From assembly GCA_002050095.1 (NCBI GenBank), contig MWSR01000016.1, forward strand, positions 1-37,020: a stretch of 37,020 nucleotides of DNA, read 5' to 3'. Positions 29,486-37,020 of the stretch are shown piece by piece (positions within the stretch are counted from its first letter, which is position 1; each line of letters starts with the position of its first letter). The notes beneath the pieces are model-generated. The model did not search any database, had not been told where the DNA came from, and was given only the letters and a program-made list of their open reading frames with translations. Position numbers and translations under genes: made by a program. The DNA comes from Microgenomates bacterium UTCPR1 (GTDB lineage: Bacteria; Patescibacteriota; Microgenomatia; UBA1406; GWC2-37-13).

Positions 29486-30496
29486 TCAAATAATATTTAT
29501 TAATTTGAGTTTAGCAATCGAATCAACATCGGCAAAAACCATCGCCAGTCTTTCAACTCCGATAGCAACTCCACTGCAATCTTTAAGTCCACATTTTAAC
29601 GCTTCAATAAACCCTTTGTCAATCGGATGATGGATTTTATTAATTTTTTTTATCAACTTGCTCTCAATATTAAATCTTTTCTCCTGCTCTTTCCAATCGG
29701 TTAATTCGCTATAACAATCACCAAGTTCGATACCGTTTATATAGAACTCAAACCTTTGGGCTGTTTTTCCGTCTTTATTGTGCTTGGCAAGAGCGGCAAA
29801 CTCTTTGGGATAGTCGTAGATTAAAGTCGGATATCCGTTCATTCCGAGATTCGGCTCAACTTCTTGGGTATAAACCTGCGACCAGACATCCTCATAAGTA
29901 AATCCTTTGACGCGATAACCTTTTTCTTCCGCTTTTTTAAAAAATACATTGTGGTCAAACAACTCATTATCGTCAATACCAGCGTATCTTCTAAAGGCTT
30001 GAGCAACACTCACCCTATCCCATCGAGAAAGACTTAAATACTTGTTTTTTAACTTCTTATTTTTATTAAATATCCTCTTATTGGTTGCTTTTTCGATCGA
30101 TTGAAGTAAAACCAAAACTTCGTCGGCGATATCCATGTAGTCGGCTCCCATTTTATAAAATTCAAGCATCGTAAATTCAAATCCATGAAGACGGGAAGGC
30201 GGGTCACTGTTTCTGAATGATTTACCCAGATAATAACAGTTTCCGACTCCGGAAACCAATAGTCTCTTCAGAAATAGCTCCGGTGAAGGGGTTAAATACA
30301 GCTTTTCTTTTTTATCTAAATATTTAAACTCTGTCTCAAATACTTCCAAATATGATTCGGGCAAAAGAGCGGGAGACAAAACGGGAAGATCAATTTTTAG
30401 ATATTTTCTATTCTTTAGATAGTTTTCAATTGCGTTAATAACAGTCAAATAGATCTTATATTTGTCAAGATTGCCATTATTTATCTTTATTTTCAT
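29486..30496 (-). CDS. epmA: EF-P lysyltransferase EpmA/GenX (LysRS catalytic-domain paralog)
   Basis: YLTPSPELFLKRLL, FRN, EFTMLEFY, RFEFYING.EL, SGVAIGVERL; no anticodon-binding domain; adjacent to efp. Confidence 0.9.
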   Translation of the reverse strand: MKIKINNGNLDKYKIYLTVINAIENYLKNRKYLKIDLPVLSPALLPESYLEVFETEFKYLDKKEKLYLTPSPELFLKRLLVSGVGNCYYLGKSFRNSDPPSRLHGFEFTMLEFYKMGADYMDIADEVLVLLQSIEKATNKRIFNKNKKLKNKYLSLSRWDRVSVAQAFRRYAGIDDNELFDHNVFFKKAEEKGYRVKGFTYEDVWSQVYTQEVEPNLGMNGYPTLIYDYPKEFAALAKHNKDGKTAQRFEFYINGIELGDCYSELTDWKEQEKRFNIESKLIKKINKIHHPIDKGFIEALKCGLKDCSGVAIGVERLAMVFADVDSIAKLKLINII

Positions 30497-31375
30497 CTAT
30501 ATTTCTCCTTCTAACTCTTCAAGCAGTTTTTTTGCTTTTGAAGATACCCGAGACGGCGTGTTGATTTTAAAAACAACATACTGATCTCCTTTTGCATAGG
30601 ACTGCGGGTGAGGTACTCCTTGACCTCGCAACCGGACGGTAGTCCCCGAAGCGGTTCCCGATCGAACTTTTAGCTTAACAGTTCCGTTTATGGTCGGAAC
30701 TTCAACCGTACCTCCAAGGACCGCTAACGAATATGAGATTTCCTTCTCAAAATAGATATCTTGCCCTTGTCTTTTAAAAAACGGATGTGGTTTTACATGG
30801 AGAAGAAGATCAAAATCCGAAAATCTGATTCTCATCCCTTCATCAACGCCGGCCGGTATCTTTATTGATTTGCTTTCTCCTTTAACAACAACGTCTTTTT
30901 TTACTCCGTTAATCGCCTCTTCAAAAGTTAGGGTAGCCTCATAAACATCCCGTCTTGCCTGTCTTTTTCCCCTCCCGCCAAACGGTGTTTGGAAACCGAA
31001 AAACTGTTCAAAAATATCAAAAGGATCGGAGAAACCACCGGTGTCGACGTTCTCAAACGGATTACTTCCACCTCCAAAATCGGTATAGACATGGAAGGGT
31101 CCTTGTTGATAGTATTGACCCGCCGATCCGCCGGGAGATCCGCCCCCATATCCTCCACGTTCAAAAGCAGACTCCCCATACTGGTCATACATCTGTTTTT
31201 TTTGAGGGTTGGAAAGTACTTCAAACGCCTTATTTATTTCTTTAAACTTCTCCGTCGCTCCTGCTTCTTTGTTTCTATCCGGATGCCATTTTAAAGCCTG
31301 TTTCCGGTAAGCTGTTTTAATCTCTTGATCACTGGCATTTTTTGAAACACCAAGAATTTCATAATAATTACTCAT
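30497..31375 (-). CDS. dnaJ: DnaJ-class co-chaperone lacking the zinc finger
   Basis: J domain with HPD, G/F-rich linker, C-terminal domain; no CxxCxGxG repeats. Confidence 0.9.
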   Translation of the reverse strand: MSNYYEILGVSKNASDQEIKTAYRKQALKWHPDRNKEAGATEKFKEINKAFEVLSNPQKKQMYDQYGESAFERGGYGGGSPGGSAGQYYQQGPFHVYTDFGGGSNPFENVDTGGFSDPFDIFEQFFGFQTPFGGRGKRQARRDVYEATLTFEEAINGVKKDVVVKGESKSIKIPAGVDEGMRIRFSDFDLLLHVKPHPFFKRQGQDIYFEKEISYSLAVLGGTVEVPTINGTVKLKVRSGTASGTTVRLRGQGVPHPQSYAKGDQYVVFKINTPSRVSSKAKKLLEELEGEI

Positions 31376-31395
31376 ATCTCATGATATAACAAAAA

Positions 31396-31474
31396 GATTC
31401 CGGAGACGTCATCGGGTGCCCGCGAAAGCGGTTACAGCTCTCAACAAGCCCACAATCCAAACGTCTCCAGAATC
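31396..31474. other. Structured intergenic element between dnaK and dnaJ
   Basis: 14-bp closing stem (minus strand GATTCTGGAGACGT/ACGTCTCCGGAATC) with internal CCGC-gaaa-GCGG hairpin; T-tract follows on the minus strand. Confidence 0.6.
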
Positions 31475-31495
31475 GGATTTATTTTGTTTAAATAA

Positions 31496-33397
31496 TTAAT
31501 TGACTACTTCACCCTCTTCAACTTTCTCTTTGTCATCCGATGCTTTTGTAGAATCGGATTTGTCTTCATCTTTCTTTTCTTCCGCTGCCGGTTTAGACGG
31601 TTCTTGTTTACTATACATTGCCTGACCTATCTTTGATAGTTCGTCCGACAGATCTTTTGTCTTACTTTCAATCTCTTCCTTAGTCCCTTTTGTTGTCGTT
31701 TCTTTTAACTCTTTAATCTTTTTCTCGATCGTCTCTTTAATATCTTTTGGAGCCTTATCGCCAGCATCCTTAAGAGACTTCTCGGCAACATATATCATGT
31801 TATCCGCTTTGTTTCTTACTTCAATTTTCTCTTTCTCCTCTTTATCTTTTTCGGCATTTTTTTCCGCTTCTTCCTTCATCTTTTCAATCTCGTCTTTACT
31901 CAATCCTGTTGACCCCGTAATCTTAATACTTTGAGATTTACCGGTCGCTTTATCCTTCGCGGAAACCGATAGTATTCCGGAGGCATCGATATCAAAGGTT
32001 ACCTCTATTTGAGGCACCCCTCTTGGAGCAGGCGGAATCCCGTCCAAAATAAACTGACCTAAAGATTTGTTATCTTTAGCCATCGGTCGTTCTCCTTGCA
32101 AGATATGAATCTCAACCTGTGTTTGATTATCTCCTGCGGTCGAGTACGTTTCCGTCTTCGATGTCGGAATTGTTGTATTTCTACTGATCATCGGAGTCAA
32201 TACTCCGCCCAGGGTCTCGACTCCCAAGGTTAGCGGTGTTACATCAAGAAGGACGACGTCCTTTGTCTCTCCGGTCAATACGCCGGCCTGAACGGCGGCC
32301 CCGACGGCGACGACCTCATCGGGATTGACCGACTTATTCGGCTCCTTCCCAAAAAATTCTTTAACTTTCTCAACTACCTTGGGCATCCTTGTCATTCCTC
32401 CGACAAGAACAACTTCATCGATCTTGGAGACATCGACTTTAGCGTCTTTGAGACATTTCTTCACCGGCTCAAACGACTTATCGATTAGACCGCCGACCAA
32501 AGACTCCAACTTCGCCCTCGTAAGTTTTGTCACAAAGTGCAACGGTTGTCCGTCTTTAACGGTTATAAACGGCAAATTAACATCCGCCAGTTTTGAAGAA
32601 GAAAGCTCTATCTTCGCTTTTTCGGCGGCGTCTCTTAATCTTTGAAGAGCTTGAGGGTCCTTTTTTAGATCAATGCCGTTTTCTTTCTTAAACGCGTCGG
32701 CAAAAAAATCCAAAATAATCTTATCAAAATCATCACCTCCGAGATGAGTATCTCCGTTTGTTGCCTTAACCTGGAAAACACCCTCTCCCAACTCCAAAAT
32801 TGTGATGTCAAAAGTTCCGCCGCCAAGATCATAAACGGCGATTGTGTGCGTATGCTTCTTATCTAATCCATAGGCTAATGACGCCGCTGTCGGCTCATTT
32901 ATAATTCTGACAACTTCAAGTCCGGCGATCTCACCTGCTTGTTTGGTCGCCTGTCTTTGAGAATCGTCAAAATATGCCGGTACGGTAATAACCGCTTTAT
33001 CGACTTTCTCACCCAGATAAGATTCGGCATCGGCTTTAATTTTCTGTAATATCATCGCCGATATTTCTTGAGGTGTATAAGTCTTTCCTTCAACCTCGAC
33101 ATCTGCCATACTATCTCTCCCTTCGACAATTTTATATGGAAGCCATTTAAGATCGTACTTAATCGACTCGTCGGAAAATCTTCTTCCCATAAGTCTTTTT
33201 ATAGAAAAGACGGTATCTTTGGGATTCACAACCGTCTGTCTTTTGGCCACATCGCCAACCACTCTTTTAACCGGATCAACAACCGAAGGGATAACATTTC
33301 TTCCCTCGGCAGAATAGATCACTTTTGGCTTTCCGCCTTCCATCACCGCAACGCAAGAATTCGTCGTTCCCAAATCGATCCCGATTATTTTTGCCAT
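31496..33397 (-). CDS. dnaK: Chaperone DnaK (Hsp70)
   Basis: [35 protein letters not shown]. Confidence 0.99.
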   Translation of the reverse strand: MAKIIGIDLGTTNSCVAVMEGGKPKVIYSAEGRNVIPSVVDPVKRVVGDVAKRQTVVNPKDTVFSIKRLMGRRFSDESIKYDLKWLPYKIVEGRDSMADVEVEGKTYTPQEISAMILQKIKADAESYLGEKVDKAVITVPAYFDDSQRQATKQAGEIAGLEVVRIINEPTAASLAYGLDKKHTHTIAVYDLGGGTFDITILELGEGVFQVKATNGDTHLGGDDFDKIILDFFADAFKKENGIDLKKDPQALQRLRDAAEKAKIELSSSKLADVNLPFITVKDGQPLHFVTKLTRAKLESLVGGLIDKSFEPVKKCLKDAKVDVSKIDEVVLVGGMTRMPKVVEKVKEFFGKEPNKSVNPDEVVAVGAAVQAGVLTGETKDVVLLDVTPLTLGVETLGGVLTPMISRNTTIPTSKTETYSTAGDNQTQVEIHILQGERPMAKDNKSLGQFILDGIPPAPRGVPQIEVTFDIDASGILSVSAKDKATGKSQSIKITGSTGLSKDEIEKMKEEAEKNAEKDKEEKEKIEVRNKADNMIYVAEKSLKDAGDKAPKDIKETIEKKIKELKETTTKGTKEEIESKTKDLSDELSKIGQAMYSKQEPSKPAAEEKKDEDKSDSTKASDDKEKVEEGEVVN

Positions 33398-33447
33398 ATT
33401 TTATTCCTCCTTTTCTCTCTTGTGTAAACAAGAAATAAAACTTTTAA

Positions 33448-33906
33448 TTAACTTTTAATTTTTTTGCTCACTTTTACTTGAGCAACTCGTAATATTTTCT
33501 CTCTCATCCGATATCCTTTTCTTAAAATCTCAACTACGATATTGTCTTCTTTACCTTGTACAATGTCGATAGCTTCGCTGGTAATCGGATCAAACGGCTT
33601 ACCCATGACATCTAACGTCTGAACATTAAACTCTCCAAGAATTTTGAGTAAATGATCCTTTATCATCTTTAATCCTTCGTCTTTTACAAAAATTTCGGCT
33701 TTATCCAAATCATCCAAAAACGGCAGCAGCTTGGTGATTAATCCAATATTGGCCATTTCAACAAGCTCCATCTTTTCGTCTTTAGTTCTTTTTTCAAAAT
33801 TTTGGTAATCGGCCAAAGCTCTCAAATACTTATTCTTATACTCGTCGACCTCTTTTTTTAAAACTTCGAGTTCTTGATCTTTATTATCCTTCTTTTTCTT
33901 ATCCAT
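33448..33906 (-). CDS. grpE: Nucleotide exchange factor GrpE
   Basis: YLRALADYQNFEKR, LLPFLDDL, FDP, KGY...ILRVAQVKV; operon context. Confidence 0.95.
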   Translation of the reverse strand: MDKKKKDNKDQELEVLKKEVDEYKNKYLRALADYQNFEKRTKDEKMELVEMANIGLITKLLPFLDDLDKAEIFVKDEGLKMIKDHLLKILGEFNVQTLDVMGKPFDPITSEAIDIVQGKEDNIVVEILRKGYRMREKILRVAQVKVSKKIKS

Positions 33907-33937
33907 TTTAATATTTGAAAATTTATAACTAAGGCAT

Positions 33938-34678
33938 CTATAAATTCTGTTCCTTAATAATCTCTTCCAATAAATTTGAAAAATATTTTATCTGTGGTAT
34001 CACCGAATCGTAATACATTCTTTTCGAACCAACAACACCAATCAAGCCCTTTAATTCTTTTCCTTCAAACTCCGCCCAAACGCTGGCACAGGCATCAAAC
34101 GTCGGATCATGAAAATCTTCTTCGCCAAGCATACATCGGATTTCATCTTCAAATCCGGTAAATTCATTAAGTATTCTTTCCCAATAACTTATTTCATCAA
34201 GCCGACTAAATAAGCTCCTCGATAAATTTAAATCTAAAAACTCGGGCTGATTCAAAAGATTAGCCATACCGGAATAATAAAGATCTCCGTGGTTTGTTGT
34301 TATCAGTGACAGTTGTCCCGTACGTTGTGATAGTACTTTGACCGCTTGAGACAAAAGCTTATGAGTTTCCGCCCTCTCATCCCAAATGCTATTTTTATAA
34401 GCAACTTCATCGGTGGTGGAAAGATCTCTTTGTTTCATCAAATGTTTGATATAAAATCTAAAGCCTTTTGCCGACGGAACTCTGCCCGATGAGAAATGGG
34501 TTTTTTTCAGGTATCCTTTTTTCGCCAGTTCGACCATTTCGTTCCTTATCGTCGCCGGTGAAACCCCAAGTTTGTATTTTTTTTCAATAATTCCACTTCC
34601 AACGGCAACACCCGATTCGGAATATTCCTTGATTATTGTTCTTAGAATATCTATTTGCCTTTGAGTTAGATCTTCCAT
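33938..34678 (-). CDS. hrcA: Heat-inducible repressor HrcA (short form)
   Basis: LTQRQIDIL, VGS, SPATIRNEM, H.SSGRVPS.KG.R.Y, IGVVG..RM.Y. Confidence 0.93.
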   Translation of the reverse strand: MEDLTQRQIDILRTIIKEYSESGVAVGSGIIEKKYKLGVSPATIRNEMVELAKKGYLKKTHFSSGRVPSAKGFRFYIKHLMKQRDLSTTDEVAYKNSIWDERAETHKLLSQAVKVLSQRTGQLSLITTNHGDLYYSGMANLLNQPEFLDLNLSRSLFSRLDEISYWERILNEFTGFEDEIRCMLGEEDFHDPTFDACASVWAEFEGKELKGLIGVVGSKRMYYDSVIPQIKYFSNLLEEIIKEQNL

Positions 34679-34717
34679 ATTGTTTCCCTGCTTAATTTTT
34701 AAAATTAGAAAGGGATA

Positions 34718-34744
34718 TTAGCAATCTTACACTAACTCTGCTAA
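34718..34744. promoter_or_regulatory. CIRCE operator (HrcA site)
   Basis: TTAGCAATC-N9-CTCTGCTAA versus consensus TTAGCACTC-N9-GAGTGCTAA, upstream of hrcA. Confidence 0.85.
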
Positions 34745-34752
34745 CGTGTCAA
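34724..34752 (-). promoter_or_regulatory. Sigma70-type promoter of the hrcA-grpE-dnaK-dnaJ operon
   Basis: TTGACA (34752-34747), 17-nt spacer, TAAGAT (34729-34724); overlapped by the CIRCE. Confidence 0.8.
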
Positions 34753-34862
34753 GGGGTATTTTATATCTGAATCGATAGATAATTCTGACACGAAGCGGGC
34801 GCAATTAGGAATAAAAAGATTTAAAAACATGTCGGAAGCTATATTTTTGATATAATTTCAAA

Positions 34863-35282
34863 ATGCTGGAATCATATCTGGTAATTCTTGCTGTTGCCGC
34901 TTTTATATTTGACGACAAAGGTCGAATACTTCTTGTGAAAAAATCATTACGCGAAAAGGTTGATCCCGGTCTTTGGGTTGTTCCAGGGGGGAAGATAGAA
35001 CCCGGTGAGCATGTCATTGATGGCTTGAAGCGCGAAGTTATGGAAGAGGTTGGTGTTCACATAAAAGATATTAGCTGGGTTAACGATAACGTTTTTATAA
35101 ACAACGGTTATCAATATCAAGCTATGCATTTTGCCTGTCACCTGGCTAAAAATCAAAAAATAAAACTTGAAAAAAATCTTGAAGACTATGTGTTTATATC
35201 TAAGAAGGATTTCTCAAAATATGATATTCCTGCCGGGTTAAAAGAAACAATTAAAATCCTTTTTCATAATGATGATGGTTAG
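34863..35282 (+). CDS. NUDIX hydrolase
   Basis: Nudix box GGKIEPGEHVIDGLKREVMEEVG. Confidence 0.92.
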   Translation: MLESYLVILAVAAFIFDDKGRILLVKKSLREKVDPGLWVVPGGKIEPGEHVIDGLKREVMEEVGVHIKDISWVNDNVFINNGYQYQAMHFACHLAKNQKIKLEKNLEDYVFISKKDFSKYDIPAGLKETIKILFHNDDG

Positions 35283-36138
35283 AATAGGAGCTCATCAATC
35301 CATTGCCGGCGGTTATGAGCAATCATTAAAAAGAATTGCAAATATCGGCGGAAATTGTCTTCAGATATTCTCTTCTTCACCAAAAGGCTGGAGCTTTTCA
35401 GTTCCAAACAAATCATCGATTGATATCTTTGTTAAAGAAAAAAATAAATTAAATATCGACCCTATTTACTTTCATGCAACATATTTAATTAATCTCGCCG
35501 ATGGGGGCCGAATTGGCAATCTTTCCAAACAATCTCTTATTTCCGAAATGAATCTATCTCCAAAACTTGGAATAAGAGGAAGCATTATCCACCTTGGCTC
35601 TTTCAAAACCGTAAAAGCTCCCCTATTCCAAGATCATAATATGAAAGACAAATATAAAGTCCTAATAAAAAATATTAAAGAAGTTCTTATTAAAACCCCG
35701 AAGGAAAGTCTATTTATCATCGAAAATGCCGGAAATAGAAAGATCGGCCAGACACTTGAAGAACTATCTCTTATTTTTGAAAGCATCGATGACGAGCGAG
35801 CAAGACTTTGTCTCGATACCTGCCATCTTTTTTCAAATGGATATAAATTTAAAAACGATAATGAGCTTAATGATTTTATAAATAAACTCAAGAAACTTAA
35901 GCTTTTGGAAAAACTTGAAGTTTGGCATCTAAACGACAGCCGGGATCCTTTCGATTCCGGTCGAGACAGACATGCAAATATTGGTGAAGGAACGGTTCCA
36001 TTCTCGGAATTTAAAACTCTAATAAATCATCCTCTGACAAAAAAATACCCTTTTATCCTCGAAGTTCCGGGTTTTGACGGTAAAGGACCCGACAAAGAAA
36101 ATATAGACATATTAAAATCGTGTGTCAATCCGGTATAA
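35269..36138 (+). CDS. nfo: Endonuclease IV (AP endonuclease)
   Basis: IGAH.S..GG, QIF, HATYLIN, H.G, ENAG, DTCH, HLNDS, DRHANIG.G, LEVP. Confidence 0.95.
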   Translation: MMMVRIGAHQSIAGGYEQSLKRIANIGGNCLQIFSSSPKGWSFSVPNKSSIDIFVKEKNKLNIDPIYFHATYLINLADGGRIGNLSKQSLISEMNLSPKLGIRGSIIHLGSFKTVKAPLFQDHNMKDKYKVLIKNIKEVLIKTPKESLFIIENAGNRKIGQTLEELSLIFESIDDERARLCLDTCHLFSNGYKFKNDNELNDFINKLKKLKLLEKLEVWHLNDSRDPFDSGRDRHANIGEGTVPFSEFKTLINHPLTKKYPFILEVPGFDGKGPDKENIDILKSCVNPV

Positions 36139-36269
36139 CCGACTCGGTTCTACGCAAGCGGCCATAAATACTTATTGGCACGCTTTAAACGAAGAAACTT
36201 AAAAGAAAATTAGAACGCCCAAACATCACAAGATTGTCAGAAATCCGGAAAAAATAATATAATATCTTC

Positions 36270-37020
36270 ATGTTTAATTTGCCCAATTCCGTCAATGAAT
36301 TTTTTGATGTCTTTAGAAAAAACAATTATGAAATATATATTGTTGGCGGAGCAGTAAGAAATTTATTTTTAAAAAAAGAAGTTCTTAACTGGGATTTTAC
36401 AACTAACGCCACCCCGGAAATGATTCAAAAACTTTTTCCGGACTCATTCTATAACAACACCTACGGCACTGTTTCTATCGTTAAAGGTAAGCTAATATTT
36501 GAAGTCACTCCGTATAGAAGTGAAGGAAAATACAAAGACCACCGACATCCGGAAGCTGTCACGTGGGCAAAAACAGTAGAAGAAGATCTATCCCGCCGTG
36601 ATTTCACCATTAATGCTATGGCTTTTGATGGAGAAAAAATTATTGATCTCTATCAAGGGCAAGACCACCTTAAAAATAATCTAATCGTTGCTGTTGGTGA
36701 TCCTGATTTAAGATTTAATGAGGATGCTTTGAGATTACTTCGAGCAATTAGATTTGCTTCTCAACTTGGTTTTATGATTGAAGATAAAACTAGAAAGTCT
36801 ATTGAAAAAAATGCTAAATTAATTACCAAAATATCTTGGGAAAGAATCAGAGATGAATTCTTTAAAATCTTGGCAAGTGATCATCCATCAGAGGGAGTAT
36901 TGTTTTTGAAGAATACCGGATTACTGACTTTTATTCTTCCCGAAGTTGATATTTGTTTTACCATTCCCCAGAAAAGTCCAAAAAGACATCATATCTATGA
37001 TGTTGGCACTCATCTGGTGA
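36270..37020 (+). CDS. cca: CCA tRNA nucleotidyltransferase (class II), runs off the window end
   Basis: Manual translation: YIVGGAVRN, EDLSRRDFTINAMA, RFNEDALRLLRAIRF, ISWERIRDE, then an HD-domain lead-in HHIYDVGTH. Confidence 0.9.
   Translation, partial: MFNLPNSVNEFFDVFRKNNYEIYIVGGAVRNLFLKKEVLNWDFTTNATPEMIQKLFPDSFYNNTYGTVSIVKGKLIFEVTPYRSEGKYKDHRHPEAVTWAKTVEEDLSRRDFTINAMAFDGEKIIDLYQGQDHLKNNLIVAVGDPDLRFNEDALRLLRAIRFASQLGFMIEDKTRKSIEKNAKLITKISWERIRDEFFKILASDHPSEGVLFLKNTGLLTFILPEVDICFTIPQKSPKRHHIYDVGTHLV

Noticed and set aside
31396-31474. Hammerhead ribozyme (CCGATGA on the minus strand)
   Set aside because: The core is not CUGANGA and there is no correctly placed GAAA on that strand.
36147-36217. 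Possible structured RNA between nfo and cca
   Set aside because: Only short imperfect stems (GTTCTA/TAGAAC, GCGGCCA/TGGCACGC); not distinguishable from chance.

Overview
AT-rich bacterial chromosome segment whose gene set and style suggest a CPR/Patescibacteria (Microgenomates-like) genome; this assignment is an inference. Positions ~1.2-13.4 kb form a minus-strand defence island directly downstream of a tRNA-Gln(CTG). It holds a type I R-M operon (hsdM-hsdS-hsdR) with a DUF3800 gene plus a candidate structured ncRNA between hsdM and hsdS, and three cargo genes (HEPN-like, 4-TM membrane protein, OLD-family ATPase/TOPRIM nuclease) between hsdS and hsdR, followed by SWIM and NERD genes and a decayed bcp peroxiredoxin. 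The main observation is that the three cargo genes are separated by two diverged ~126-bp repeats, each an hsdR-5'-like segment fused to an hsdS-3'-like segment. Every cargo gene therefore sits as an 'hsdS-end / gene / hsdR-start' cassette, giving an integron-like cassette array built from R-M gene ends. The rest of the window is housekeeping: ImpX-like transporter and riboflavin kinase, SurA-like protein, glyA, WecA/TagO-like transferase, miaB, nucleotide-sugar genes (rfbD frameshifted), argS, radA, efp-epmA, hrcA-grpE-dnaK-dnaJ with a CIRCE, NUDIX, nfo and a partial CCA-adding enzyme. Two intergenic regions are repeat-rich.
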